Source of the DNA: an uncultured virus (IMG/VR IMGVR_UViG_3300035498_001578)
Taxonomy: Duplodnaviria; Heunggongvirae; Uroviricota; Caudoviricetes
DNA length: 64,000 nucleotides
Direction: 5' to 3' (one strand)
IMG/VR virus record: IMGVR_UViG_3300035498_001578
The stretch's first letter is position 1. Every line of letters begins with the position of its first letter. The notes beneath the pieces are model-generated. The model was not told where the DNA came from. It searched no databases and saw only the letters and a program-made list of their open reading frames with translations. The position numbers and the translations under genes were made by a program. Shown one piece after another: positions 10,471-21,794 of this stretch.

Positions 10471-11826
10471 TTACTGCCTTAGACTTTTTCTTATAAGTTT
10501 TTTTTTAGGAACATCAGTAGTATTAGTTTCTATCTTCTTTCCATCAACATAAGTAATATTAGCAGATAAAGCAATATTCCTTGCAGCGTTTAAATCAGCA
10601 TTCATTTTAGCCCCACAAGCCTTACATTCAAAGTATCTACCATTCCTTTGACCTTCTTCCCAATGACCACAAGAAGAGCAATTTTGTGAGGTATGATATG
10701 GGTCTACTTTTCTTAATTCAATACCGTACTTAGCTGCTTTATATTCAATTTGTGATTGCAGTTGATAATAAGACCAATTTCTCAAAACAAATTTATCTGT
10801 ATCATAACCCTCTAAATCTTCCACATTGATATACTTAGCTTTATTAGCTATGGCAAAATCAACAATTTGTTTACTTATAGTATGATTATAAGTAGCAACA
10901 AAATTCTTTTCCTTTTCAGAAAATTTATTTACGGCTTTAAGTTTTTTATCTCTACCCTTACCACCATTAGAATTTTTCAAAGCACTATATAATCTTCTTC
11001 TTTGGTTTTGTATTTGCGTTCTTGTTTTCAAGAAATCATCTTTTGAACCTAAATACTGTTTTGCTATAGTATTATTAGTTGCACACACAGCAGGGATTGC
11101 AATACCAAGGTCAACACCTACAACAGTATTATTATCAAGCTCAATAATATTCTTAGGTATTCTCAAAGACAAATTAAGAATAATTTTATTATCTTCAATA
11201 GTAATTGAGCTATCCCTAACAGAATAAGTTTTATCTACTAAAATCTTTTTGAATACACTTCTCAATTCATAAGACTTTTTAACATTCTTACCCTTACCGA
11301 AATTAACTTTAAATTTAATATGATTTACCCAACCCATAGTTATAGATAAATCTTGACTATTTAAATGTTGTAAAAATTCTTCCTCGGTTGCATAATCATA
11401 ATTAAACTTCAAATTAATATGTCTTGTCATAAGAGGGGAGTCAGATTTATAGTTATTTATACTTCTCTCACCACGCTTTAAACCATTATTATATGCAGTA
11501 TCGAAATCACTTATAACCTTTTTAGATACTAAAGATTGAGTATCAACACCCGTACAGAAAACAATACCAGCAGAGTTATATAATGAATTATAATACGCAG
11601 CTCTACGCATTTCTTTTACTTCTTTTTTATAATCTTCATTAGTTTTATCGCAATTATACTTATAATATAAATTTGCATATTTACTCATAAAGAGATTAAG
11701 AGCTTTATATTGAGCTTTTTGTCCATCACGAATAAATTTATATACCCTATCTACTTCCGCTTTATCACCAAGTGGTGTGAGTGTAATTTTTCTACATATA
11801 ATCATTGTTTTATCTTCATTGCTCAT
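10471..11826 (-). CDS. cas12f: Cas12f1-like (type V-F / TnpB-related) RNA-guided nuclease, RuvC D-E-D intact
   Basis: VVGVDLG, INVEDL, NADLNAARNI, zinc finger CSSCG...CKACG; Cas12f1-type segments RGERSINNYKSDSPL, GGKGRDKKLK, LRNWSYYQLQSQIEYKA. Confidence 0.8.
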   Translation of the reverse strand: MSNEDKTMIICRKITLTPLGDKAEVDRVYKFIRDGQKAQYKALNLFMSKYANLYYKYNCDKTNEDYKKEVKEMRRAAYYNSLYNSAGIVFCTGVDTQSLVSKKVISDFDTAYNNGLKRGERSINNYKSDSPLMTRHINLKFNYDYATEEEFLQHLNSQDLSITMGWVNHIKFKVNFGKGKNVKKSYELRSVFKKILVDKTYSVRDSSITIEDNKIILNLSLRIPKNIIELDNNTVVGVDLGIAIPAVCATNNTIAKQYLGSKDDFLKTRTQIQNQRRRLYSALKNSNGGKGRDKKLKAVNKFSEKEKNFVATYNHTISKQIVDFAIANKAKYINVEDLEGYDTDKFVLRNWSYYQLQSQIEYKAAKYGIELRKVDPYHTSQNCSSCGHWEEGQRNGRYFECKACGAKMNADLNAARNIALSANITYVDGKKIETNTTDVPKKKLIRKSLRQ

Positions 11827-11846
11827 TTAAAAATTCCTCCTTTGAT

Positions 11847-12254
11847 TTATTCAGCCTTAACCCAATAGTTACCAATTTTTCCATCAGAACAATTCCAAGT
11901 ATCATATATCTTATTATCTTTAATACAAGTTATATGATGTGTGCCGATTTTAGCAATACAAGTACCTTTAAATAATTTACAAAATTCTTCACCTGTATAT
12001 TTTGTATTATCATATTTCTTCGGCTGCTTCATTTTTACCCAACCAATTTTTTGCATATACTTTTCAATGCCTTTTTTGTCATTTAAACAATAACCCGTTT
12101 CAAGCATTGTGTTTGTCATTTCCAATACAACATCTTTATAATCTTTTTCAGTTGCCAATGAAATAGCTCTAAAAACACAATCCCCTGTTATCCTATTCTT
12201 AGGGTTAGCATTGTAATAAGTAAAAGTGTCTGTATCTTCGACTATTCTTTTCAT
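11847..12254 (-). CDS. Phage-type hypothetical protein, probably co-transcribed with cas12f
   Basis: YYNANPKNRITGDCVFRAISLA...HITCIKDNKIYDTWNC; promoter at about 12316-12344; 20-bp gap to cas12f. Confidence 0.8.
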   Translation of the reverse strand: MKRIVEDTDTFTYYNANPKNRITGDCVFRAISLATEKDYKDVVLEMTNTMLETGYCLNDKKGIEKYMQKIGWVKMKQPKKYDNTKYTGEEFCKLFKGTCIAKIGTHHITCIKDNKIYDTWNCSDGKIGNYWVKAE

Positions 12255-12693
12255 ACATTAAGCTCCTTTCTTAAATCCTCTCTTAAAATTAGTGTTTTGT
12301 TTTTTAAGATAATTTATTATACCATACTTTTTATAGTTTGTCAATAAGTTTTTAATAAAAAAGAAGAATTAATGTTGATTATAAGATTATAATTTATACA
12401 TCATTATTCAATAATATTCATTATTTTATTCATTTTATCCCGTATATAAAAAGTTTTTTATTCATTTTTATTATAATTTATTCATTTTGTAAATTTAATA
12501 AATGATTAAATATTAAAAGAATAATCAGCAAATGAATTATTAAACTATTTATTAAATAATGAATAAAATAATTAAATATTCAGTTAAAAAAATATTTATA
12601 TTTAAATTTATGTATAATAGATAATTTAATAACAGGCAATTTAATGATGAATAAATAAAAGAGGATAGACAAATGTCTATCCTCTTAAAGGGA

Positions 12694-12909
12694 TTATTCC
12701 CATCGAATTTCCCACTTCCTTTCTAATAAATTGTATGAGTTTTCAATGTCAGCCAATTGAAACTCCAACTCATCTTTTTCTTTTGGGGAGTTGCAATCTC
12801 TGATTGCACTTTCCAAAAGATGAATTTTCTTAACCATAAAGGTAAGCACTTCACATTCAGCATTCATAGCCATCTTAATGTTTTCAGTTGTATTAGTTGT
12901 ATTAAGCAT
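12694..12909 (-). CDS. Small coiled-coil hypothetical protein
   Basis: AAAGGGAG RBS before the ATG at 12909; own promoter and terminator. Confidence 0.7.
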   Translation of the reverse strand: MLNTTNTTENIKMAMNAECEVLTFMVKKIHLLESAIRDCNSPKEKDELEFQLADIENSYNLLERKWEIRWE

Positions 12910-13165
12910 AATCGAAAAACTCCCTTTCTTATTTATAAAATATAAGTTATTGTTTTTTACCTTTCCTAAGTACATATTTATAATACCACAAATTCTGTTA
13001 TTTGTCAAGTGTTATTTTTATTTTTTTAAAAAAAATAATGGTATGCAAAAAAGCTCCAAATTGAAAACTTAACACATACCATTATTAAAAAGCTTATTAA
13101 AAAGCTATTTTCTTAAAAACTATTTACTGATGATTATTTTCTGATGATTACTTTTTGATGAATAA

Positions 13166-15160
13166 TTAAAGTAAATTATTAAATTCCTTTTCAGTAATTA
13201 CTTTAATACCATAACTCTTAGCTTTATCAATTTTATTCTCTTTAGCTCCCTCGCCAATAATTAAATAGTCAGTACCCTTTTTAATGCTGCTAACAGTACC
13301 ACCATTATTTTCTATAATATCTGTCATTTCATTTCTTGATATACTTAACTTACCCGTAAAACAAAATGATTTATTATTTAATTTACCACTATTATTTTTT
13401 ACTTTACCAACTATACCTAAATTAATTAAATCGTTTATTATATCTTTATTCTTATTTACATATTCCAAGATATTATTTACTAATATTTCCCCAAATGTGG
13501 GTAAAGATAATAATTCTTCTTCCGTACAATTTATAAACTTATCCAAGGTTTTATATTTATCTTGCAATATCTTACCTTTTTCCTTAGATACGCTCTTAAT
13601 CATTAAACCGTCTATTATTTGACTTAATTCATTATCTTTTGATTTTTCAATATTACTTATTACTTTATCTGCTGATTTATCTCCCATCTTTTCCAATGAG
13701 GAAATATCATTTTTATTTAATTTATAAATATCAATAAAGGTTTTTAATTTACCATTACTAAATAATTTATTTATAAGTACAGTACCGAAATTATCAATTT
13801 CCATAGCCTTAATAAAATTTTCTATTTTATTCACTTGCATACCTATACAGTTTTCATTATCACAGTAAAGGAAAACACCTTTATCAGTAGTATTAGATTT
13901 TAAAGGTTGCCCACAAGATGGGCAGACAGTAGGAATAGTTATTTCCTTTTCTTCACCACTTCTTAAATCTTTTATTACAGACTCGATACAGGGTATTACA
14001 TCGCCTCTTTTTGATACAATTACAGTATCACCGAGCTTTAAATCTAAGTTTTTAATATACTGAATATTATGCAGTGTAGCATAACCAATAGTTGAACCAC
14101 CTATTTGAACAGGCTCTATCACAGCTTTAGGAGTAATAGCTCCCTTACCGCCTAAACACCATTCAACATCTAATAATATGCTTGTATTTTCCATTGCTGG
14201 GAACTTATAAGCTACAGCATAGTTAGGATATTTTTTACCTATACCAAGTCTATTCCAATCGTCATATTTATTAGCTTTAATTACAATACCATCAATATCA
14301 ATGTTTAAATTATTTCTATCTTCATATACTTCATTAAATAAAGTGTTTAATTTTTCTATAGCATTATCAATGTTATTTACTTTAATAGCTGCTAAAGTTT
14401 TATATGGAGTAATAAATATATCCTTTAATAATTTAATATCTTTTAAATAAGTATCATTACAAAAATCGTCATTTTCATAATAACCGTATGGTGAGAATAT
14501 TAAATATTTACAGTAGTCAGTATTAGGCAATTTATTTTTTAAAATACCGCTTGCAGCATTTCTAACATTTTTATATTGATTATCTTCGGATAGATTTTTA
14601 TTTATTTCATCCAAACCTTCCTTTAATAAAAGAATTTCTCCTCTTACTTCTACTTTTTCAATATCCTTAAATTGTTCTATATAATATGGAATATTAGGAA
14701 TAAGTTTTGCAGTTGCAGTATTATCTTCGCCGACTTTTCCATTACCTCTTGTACTTGCTTGTGTTAAATAGCCATTCTCATATATTAAAGAATTTGCAAG
14801 ACCATCAAATTTATATTCAATAATAAATTCTTTAATATTTAATTTATTAAATGCTTTTTTAAACCAATCGTTAAATTGCTCTATAGATAAAACTTTATCT
14901 AAAGACAACATAGGAATTTTATGATTTACTTTATTAAATGAGTTTTCATCTACATAATCACCAATATTTTGTGTAGGAGAATTACTATCTTTAAATTCGG
15001 GGAATTGTTCTTCCAACTTTTTTAATTCTTCTAAAAGTTTATCGTACAATGAATCAGAGATATTATTTTCAGAAGAATTTTTAAAATATAATTCATTTTG
15101 GTTATTTATCAGATTTCTTAACCTAACAATCCTACCCTTAATCATTTCATTCATAGCCAA
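13166..15160 (-). CDS. ligA: NAD-dependent DNA ligase
   Basis: PMLSLDK, EYKFDG (KxDG), STRGNG, EVRGE, DIDGIVIK, AYKF, zinc finger, HhH motifs, C-terminal BRCT. Confidence 0.97.
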   Translation of the reverse strand: MAMNEMIKGRIVRLRNLINNQNELYFKNSSENNISDSLYDKLLEELKKLEEQFPEFKDSNSPTQNIGDYVDENSFNKVNHKIPMLSLDKVLSIEQFNDWFKKAFNKLNIKEFIIEYKFDGLANSLIYENGYLTQASTRGNGKVGEDNTATAKLIPNIPYYIEQFKDIEKVEVRGEILLLKEGLDEINKNLSEDNQYKNVRNAASGILKNKLPNTDYCKYLIFSPYGYYENDDFCNDTYLKDIKLLKDIFITPYKTLAAIKVNNIDNAIEKLNTLFNEVYEDRNNLNIDIDGIVIKANKYDDWNRLGIGKKYPNYAVAYKFPAMENTSILLDVEWCLGGKGAITPKAVIEPVQIGGSTIGYATLHNIQYIKNLDLKLGDTVIVSKRGDVIPCIESVIKDLRSGEEKEITIPTVCPSCGQPLKSNTTDKGVFLYCDNENCIGMQVNKIENFIKAMEIDNFGTVLINKLFSNGKLKTFIDIYKLNKNDISSLEKMGDKSADKVISNIEKSKDNELSQIIDGLMIKSVSKEKGKILQDKYKTLDKFINCTEEELLSLPTFGEILVNNILEYVNKNKDIINDLINLGIVGKVKNNSGKLNNKSFCFTGKLSISRNEMTDIIENNGGTVSSIKKGTDYLIIGEGAKENKIDKAKSYGIKVITEKEFNNLL

Positions 15161-15488
15161 ACCACCTTTTTATTTTTTCTTTAATTATAATATAAAATAT
15201 TTAATTATTCAAGTAGTAATAAAGAAAAATTTTCCATAAAATATAATTAAATTATTTATTAAATAAGCTCCGCAACTTGCTTTTTAAGAGACTCAAACTT
15301 ATGTAAAAAATTATTCTTTTTTACTTCAAAAGTCGAAAGGTAATTTTTCGCTAATACTATAAAAATAAGATATTACAAATTTTCTAAAATTAATTTTATA
15401 GTTGTTTTTTTTGACAATGAATATTGACAAATAAGTGAATATAGTTTATAATTGTTAAAGAAAAATTTAAAAAAGGGGAGGATTTAAA

Positions 15489-15938
15489 ATGATATATAAA
15501 ATTAAAATACACAGAATAAATGTCGTATTTCATTTAGTGGAAATAATTTTTTGTTATAGTAATCAGTTGTTAGATTTCTTTACTAAGAATAATATTAAAT
15601 ATACAAAGTCTATGAATGACGAATATTTATTTATAAACAATTTTAGTTTTTTAAATAAGTATGGAATAGAAATAATAGGGATGAATTTATTGCAGTTCGA
15701 CAATATAAGTTTATTAAATTATTCTTACGATAAGAAAATAAACAATATAGATAGGAATGAGCTTGCTAAGAGAATACAAAAGGGAAAAAATAAAAATGTT
15801 GCAGTAATAAAAGTAAAAGACCAAAAGAAATTAAGTAAAATAATAAATATTGAAAAGTATTCTAATGAATATATAGAAGATAATTATTATTTATGCAGTA
15901 AAGAAATAATGAAAGATATTATAGGTAATATTATTTAA
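15489..15938 (+). CDS. Hypothetical protein
   Basis: 149 aa, GGAGG RBS, TTGACA-17-TATAAT upstream. Confidence 0.7.
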   Translation: MIYKIKIHRINVVFHLVEIIFCYSNQLLDFFTKNNIKYTKSMNDEYLFINNFSFLNKYGIEIIGMNLLQFDNISLLNYSYDKKINNIDRNELAKRIQKGKNKNVAVIKVKDQKKLSKIINIEKYSNEYIEDNYYLCSKEIMKDIIGNII

Positions 15939-16257
15939 ATAAAAATAAGTAGCAGAGCTTAATGAAAAGCCGAGCTACTTATTTTACTTCAAAAAGGATT
16001 TAGATATTTACATACTAAAATTAAGTAATGAGGTGGACTCCTTGCAGAAGGTTATCCCCTCATTTTTTATATATACATACTTTAATGAATTATTTAATAT
16101 AATTCAAAGTTTTATAGAAAAACATTTTTGTAGCTCATTATAAATAAAAACTTATAATAATTATAGGAAATAAGTATTTGAATTTTATTTAATTGTGTGG
16201 TATACTAATTACAGTAAAGGAAACAAAATACTTGAACTCTTGAAAGGAGAATGTAAA

Positions 16258-16419
16258 ATGAAAGTACGAGAATTAAACGAAAGGCAGTTAGAATTTTTAA
16301 AGTGGGATTATTTCTATTCAAATGACAATGACTATGATTGTGTATTGGATGTACCAAACGAGGTTATCTATGACAATTATGACGGCATTGATTTTGTAGA
16401 AGATGATTTCTTCGGTTAA
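16258..16419 (+). CDS. Small acidic protein
   Basis: AAAGGAG RBS before the ATG at 16258. Confidence 0.7.
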   Translation: MKVRELNERQLEFLKWDYFYSNDNDYDCVLDVPNEVIYDNYDGIDFVEDDFFG

Positions 16420-16439
16420 GGAAAGGGGAGATATTTAAA

Positions 16440-16655
16440 ATGTTAGATTACGAAATTAACGATTATAATAAGTTAGCTGAAAAGAAGGGATTGAAAGGTC
16501 TGCTGAATTATACTAATGGTAAATTAGTACTCGCAAGCAGACCACAGCTTGAATATCACGCATATCAATGTGTGCTTGCAACAGGAGATGAAAAAGAGAT
16601 AATGCCAATAGTAAAAGTATTAAGTCAAGTCTTATGCTATGATTTTGGTGAGTAA
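16440..16655 (+). CDS. Hypothetical protein
   Basis: 71 aa, GGGGAG RBS, terminator at about 16661-16688. Confidence 0.7.
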   Translation: MLDYEINDYNKLAEKKGLKGLLNYTNGKLVLASRPQLEYHAYQCVLATGDEKEIMPIVKVLSQVLCYDFGE

Positions 16656-16764
16656 AGAATAAAGGGTAGATAATTCTACCCTTTTTTGATAAGAGAGAAT
16701 TTAATTATAAAAGAGAATTATTAGAGAGAAATATATAAAAATTATTATTTAGGAGGTCTTAATT

Positions 16765-17688
16765 ATGAGCAATTTAAAAGAATATAAAATAACATATAGA
16801 AAAAAGAGTGATACTTCTAAGTTCACCCCTATAGCAAAAGAATTATATAGTAAAATAATAAAATCTAAAAATCAGCAACAGGCGAGGATTGATTTTGCAA
16901 GAGAAAATCCATTCTTTACTATTGTAAAAGTAAATTCAATTACTAAGCCTAAAGTTAGCCGTAATATAAACAACGAATTTCTATTCAGTAAAACTGATGT
17001 TGTTGGAGATGTTGACTTTTCAGAAAAGGTTATTCAAGATAATATTACTTTAAATGATAATGTAGAAAAATTAAATATTGGTATTTGCATCGGTGAAACT
17101 AATACTAAAGATTTTTTCTATAATTTAAAGATAAATAACACAGCGGTTAAGAACAGTGAAAATGCTTTTGCGAAAAAAACATTTATATATTTAGATAATA
17201 ATATAATAAAGAAAACAAACGAAAGGGAGATTGACGATGTAACAATAAAAAATAATGTTGAGCAGATAACACAGGAAAATGTTCAGAATGTTGTTGAACA
17301 GATAAAAGAGTTAAAGACTTATTTTCCTAACAATATATTTATTTTACCATATAGAAAACATAATTATCTTATTAGCCAACAAGTATTAGAGATAACTAAT
17401 GAATATGATGTAGAAGAAATAAACGATAGTATAAAAGAATATAGAGAAAAGCAACAGCAAGCTATATTGTGTACTATATCTAAAAAGACTATCAAACATA
17501 TTCAAGGTGGTAGTATTGAGCAACTAAAAGAGGTTGCGATTGATTTATTAAAAAAAGAAAAGAATAATAATAAATATTATATTGTAACCAACAAAAGAAT
17601 TTTTTGTGCAAAGAACTTTTTCACAGAGGTAACAGCTAAATATAATGGTGATTTAAATACTAAGCAAGAATATGTGTTCTTCTATTAA
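16765..17688 (+). CDS. Hypothetical protein
   Basis: 307 aa, AGGAGG RBS, terminator immediately after the stop. Confidence 0.75.
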   Translation: MSNLKEYKITYRKKSDTSKFTPIAKELYSKIIKSKNQQQARIDFARENPFFTIVKVNSITKPKVSRNINNEFLFSKTDVVGDVDFSEKVIQDNITLNDNVEKLNIGICIGETNTKDFFYNLKINNTAVKNSENAFAKKTFIYLDNNIIKKTNEREIDDVTIKNNVEQITQENVQNVVEQIKELKTYFPNNIFILPYRKHNYLISQQVLEITNEYDVEEINDSIKEYREKQQQAILCTISKKTIKHIQGGSIEQLKEVAIDLLKKEKNNNKYYIVTNKRIFCAKNFFTEVTAKYNGDLNTKQEYVFFY

Positions 17689-18129
17689 AGGTGAGCTAAA
17701 AACTCACCTTTTTTATTTTCATCAAATAACTTTTTAAATTATTTAATAATGAAAAAATAAATATTTAATTTTTTAAATAATTAAAATCTTTTAAATAATT
17801 CAGCTCCAAATAAATCTTTATATAATCGTTTAAACGGCTTTATATGAACTGTTTATTCTTAATAGATAAATTTGTTAAGTAAATGATTTAAAATTCAATA
17901 CAGGGCAATATGAGAGCTTATAAGCAGTAAAGAAAACTAATCGTTCAGAATAATATTCAGTATGATTTGCAAAATGATTTCGGAATAATATGCAGCGTTA
18001 AATATTTAATCATATAACATATAACTTATGATAAATATAGGTATAAAGTATTTGCAATTTCCGTTGTTTTGTGTTAATATAATATTGTAAACAAAAACAA
18101 AACAGTTGGGCTGAAAGGTGGTTTTTTAT

Positions 18130-18414
18130 ATGTTAAAAAAGAGTGATAAGATAATCGTGAACGGCAAGGAATACAAAAAGATTAAGTATTCAGATGTTTT
18201 GAATTACATAAAATTTACTTATAGTTTTCTTTATGAGAATGAGGAAAATATAAGTAATGTGAGGGAGATGGTAGCCGTTGGAGATACATTCCTTGAAAAT
18301 GAAAACAACAAGGAGTTTATAACAGCGGTAGTCAATTTAAGAGGTGATGTATTTGCAAGCGATAGAGAAGTTGCCGCATTAGCATACACCTTGAAACATT
18401 TTGAACTTATATAA
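18130..18414 (+). CDS. Hypothetical protein
   Basis: AAAGGTGG RBS; own promoter and terminator. Confidence 0.7.
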   Translation: MLKKSDKIIVNGKEYKKIKYSDVLNYIKFTYSFLYENEENISNVREMVAVGDTFLENENNKEFITAVVNLRGDVFASDREVAALAYTLKHFELI

Positions 18415-18536
18415 ACAATTAAAAGAGGGGAATATATTTCCCCTCATATAATGAATAAGTTAAAAAAATCAGTAATTTTTAAAAATCAATAACTTTTAAA
18501 TAAACCGTCTTATAGACGAGGAAGGAGATATTTTTT

Positions 18537-19037
18537 ATGGAAAATTCAAAATACATAATCAGCAACGCAAACGCATTAAAATTTATGTTAGGCGGTAACA
18601 GTGAGTTTACAATGCACTCATTAAAGACAGGTAATGATTTAACATATAAGCTCATCAGACTTGAAACAAATAGAGTTTTTCGCAAGAGAATGGATAGCAA
18701 TGTATTTATATATTTTATGAGTTATTCAATCGGTTATGGCAAATATGAATATGGTGGTGTTATTTACTATAACGATAAAACCAACCAATTTTATTTTAAA
18801 AAAGGCTACAAGGGTTTTGCAAAAGAAGAATCACAGGTTGCGAAATCAATCATATTTGTACTTAATAAATTTCATAAAAACAGATTTAACATACCCGTTG
18901 AGATTTACCATCATTGCAAGTGCGGTAGGTGTGGTAGAAGATTAACTAAAACAGGTTCAATTATAACAGGGTTAGGCGAAAAGTGTGCAAGAAAAGTACA
19001 GATACCCTATGCAAGAATAAATACTAAAATAAGTTAA
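18537..19037 (+). CDS. DUF6011-like zinc-binding protein (copy 1)
   Basis: C-terminal CGRCGRRLT...SI.TGLGEKCA; close paralog of the next gene. Confidence 0.75.
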   Translation: MENSKYIISNANALKFMLGGNSEFTMHSLKTGNDLTYKLIRLETNRVFRKRMDSNVFIYFMSYSIGYGKYEYGGVIYYNDKTNQFYFKKGYKGFAKEESQVAKSIIFVLNKFHKNRFNIPVEIYHHCKCGRCGRRLTKTGSIITGLGEKCARKVQIPYARINTKIS

Positions 19038-19299
19038 TTATTTAAAAGGTAGATTTTTTATCTACCTTTTTTATTTATAGAAAATTCTTTTACAAAAAGC
19101 TCTTTTATTAAAAGCTCCTTTATTAAATTATTTATTAAGACAGCTCACTATAATTTTTTCCTATAGAAAAATTACAAATAATCGTTTTTTACTATAATCT
19201 TAAAAAACTATTGACAATTAGTAAAAAGTATGGTATTATAATAACATAATCAATGATACTTAAATAAATGTTTTGATAGACGAAGGGAGAACTGCTTTT

Positions 19300-19770
19300 A
19301 TGGAAAAGAATTTAGTTAAGAATGAAAACGCTTTAATGTTTATGTTGGGTGGTAAATCAGAATTTACGATGCACTCTTTGAAAACAGGTAATGATTTAAC
19401 ATATAAAATTGTTAAGCAAGAAACAGACGATAACAGATTTATCTATTTTATGAGATACTCAATCGGCTATGAAAACTATATGTACGGTGGTGTTATCTTC
19501 TACAACGAATACAAAAATCTGTTTGAGTACAGACAAGGTAAAAAAGGTAATGCAAGTGCTGAATCAACAGTTGTAAAATCTATTATGTTTGTGCTTAACA
19601 AATTAAACAACGGTAGATATAATATTCCCGTTGAAATCTATCACCATTGCCGTTGCGGTAGATGCGGTAGGGCATTAACAACCACATCTTCTATCTTGAC
19701 AGGTTTGGGAGAGTTATGTGCAAGCAAAGTAGGTATACCGTATATGAAGATAAGTGCTAAGTTAGATTGA
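19300..19770 (+). CDS. DUF6011-like zinc-binding protein (copy 2)
   Basis: CGRCGRALT...SILTGLGELCA; shares SEFTMHSLKTGNDLTYK with copy 1. Confidence 0.75.
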   Translation: MEKNLVKNENALMFMLGGKSEFTMHSLKTGNDLTYKIVKQETDDNRFIYFMRYSIGYENYMYGGVIFYNEYKNLFEYRQGKKGNASAESTVVKSIMFVLNKLNNGRYNIPVEIYHHCRCGRCGRALTTTSSILTGLGELCASKVGIPYMKISAKLD

Positions 19771-19935
19771 AAATTATATAAAGGGTAGTTAATCTACCCT
19801 TTATATTTTCTTATTAAATAAATTATTTTTCACAAACTTAAAAAAATTCTTGACAATTAACAGATAATGTGATATAATAAAGATAGTTAAGAAAGCAACA
19901 CAAACACTACACAGCATTGAAAGGGGATTTTTATT

Positions 19936-20349
19936 ATGACAATCACAGAAAAGAAAGCACAGGACAGAGAAAGACTTGACAGAATATCATACAGAATTCA
20001 CGCCATTGAAAAGGCAATCAAGGAGAATAAAGAATATGCAATCATAGTTCCTTCTCCACAGATTGCAGCTATCAATAGAGAGCAAGAGAAAATCGCAAGT
20101 ATCAGAAACGATATAGCTGAAAATGAGGTTTTCAGTACAGCTCTTGCAAGGTTTGGTAATCATACGATTGCTAATCAGATACAAGACGAGATAGCAGCGT
20201 TAAAAAAGGAAATTGCAAGACGTGAAGAAATTCTTGAAAATCTTGATTGTCTTACAATGTCAAAAGTTGACTATGAGTATGAACTTGAAAGCTCTTGGTA
20301 TAGTTACGAATATTATAGTCGTTGCTATGATATCGATTACGGTTTGTAA
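19936..20349 (+). CDS. Coiled-coil hypothetical protein
   Basis: 137 aa with consensus promoter, RBS and terminator. Confidence 0.75.
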   Translation: MTITEKKAQDRERLDRISYRIHAIEKAIKENKEYAIIVPSPQIAAINREQEKIASIRNDIAENEVFSTALARFGNHTIANQIQDEIAALKKEIARREEILENLDCLTMSKVDYEYELESSWYSYEYYSRCYDIDYGL

Positions 20350-20642
20350 TCAGCAGACAAAATAAAAGGTAGGTGATAAATAGAAACGATTTATTATAAA
20401 GGGTGAAAATATTCACCCTTTATTTTTTTACTAAAATCTTATGGATTTTTTCTTAATAAATCATTTAATAAGCTTATAGGAATTTTTCAGTATAAACTTT
20501 TCCTATAGAAAAATTATAAATAATCGTTTTTTACTATAATGAAGAATTTATTATTGACAAATAACAGAAAATGTGATATTATAATAATATAACAAAACAC
20601 TACTGAATAGTAAAGAGGTTAAATATGAAAGGAGTAATCAAT

Positions 20643-20831
20643 ATGGGATATTACAACAGCTTATTCGGAATTTACATCAGCAGCGATGATGAGTATCAGA
20701 GGAAAGAAGAAAAAGAGGTTAAAAAGGAAAAGACCTCTAAAAGAAAACCTACACCATATGAAAGAACGAGAGATGCAGTATATGCAACAGGTAACAAGTG
20801 GGCAATCGAAAACTTTAATGCAACACACTGA
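20643..20831 (+). CDS. Small phage-type protein
   Basis: C-terminal TPYERTRDAVYATGNKWAIENFNATH; AAAGGAG RBS. Confidence 0.75.
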   Translation: MGYYNSLFGIYISSDDEYQRKEEKEVKKEKTSKRKPTPYERTRDAVYATGNKWAIENFNATH

Positions 20832-20845
20832 AAGGAGAATGAATT

Positions 20846-21025
20846 ATGAAAAGAACTTATTATGCAGTGCAAGGTGTATGGGGAACTAATAGGAAAGTAT
20901 TATTAAGATTTAAAAGTATGAAAGCAAGAAATGAATATGTGAATAGTCACGATTTTATAAATTCTATTACTGCCGCTGAACTTAAATGTTACGGATATGA
21001 TTGGTACAGTATAGTTGATAAATAA
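20846..21025 (+). CDS. Small hypothetical protein (59 aa)
   Basis: Translated by hand: MKRTYYAVQGVWG...; AAAGGAG RBS. Confidence 0.65.
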   Translation: MKRTYYAVQGVWGTNRKVLLRFKSMKARNEYVNSHDFINSITAAELKCYGYDWYSIVDK

Positions 21026-21284
21026 AAAAAGGAGAGTGATACAGAGGGAGGTTTAATCTCCCTTTTTTATTTACAGAAATTTATTTAAAAAATCTTTTCT
21101 TTAACAAACCTCTTTAATAATAAATTATTTAATAATACATTTTAGAACAGCTCAACCCCGTATAATTATAATGTTATAATAAATATAGGATTTAAGTATT
21201 TGAAATTCATTCTATAATGTGTTATAATAAAGACAGTAAAGGAAGCAAACACTTAATCTATTACATTTTGAAAGGATGGTTAAT

Positions 21285-21794
21285 ATGAAAAACAACAAAT
21301 TACTCGCTGATTTTATACAGGCAATCGAGGACAACAAGGCTGAAATTATTAATTTGCAGATAGAATATAAACTGAAAGAAATTCAGAATAAAATCGTACA
21401 AGCGAAATTCAAGGATGCAAGAGATAAGGTGTTAAACAATAATGAATTTTATGCAACCACTGAAATGAACAGATGGGGAATTAAAAAAGGCGATAGGATA
21501 ACAGATAGCAAGTATGATTGGTTACTTGGTAAAGAAGATTTTGACAGGTATCAAGCATTATGCACACCAATATTTGTTGAGGAAAACTTAACAGATGAAA
21601 AAGGATATTACACAGAGGAAACAAACACCGAAAGACAGCTCACACAGCTTAAAGATAAACTCATTAAGTTATCTGTTAATATACTCCCGAATGATTTTCC
21701 TAAGAAAAATTTACTGATTGATGCAATCAACTTTAAGAGCTACGATAGCTACAACACAAGAGAGAGATTATTTGAGCTTGTTATGAAGATTTAA
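21285..21794 (+). CDS. Hypothetical protein
   Basis: ORF with own promoter, RBS and terminator. Confidence 0.75.
   Translation: MKNNKLLADFIQAIEDNKAEIINLQIEYKLKEIQNKIVQAKFKDARDKVLNNNEFYATTEMNRWGIKKGDRITDSKYDWLLGKEDFDRYQALCTPIFVEENLTDEKGYYTEETNTERQLTQLKDKLIKLSVNILPNDFPKKNLLIDAINFKSYDSYNTRERLFELVMKI

Noticed and set aside
16028..16063. Isolated GC-rich hairpin ATGAGG...CCTCAT
   Set aside because: Single copy with no promoter or U-tract, so no function can be supported
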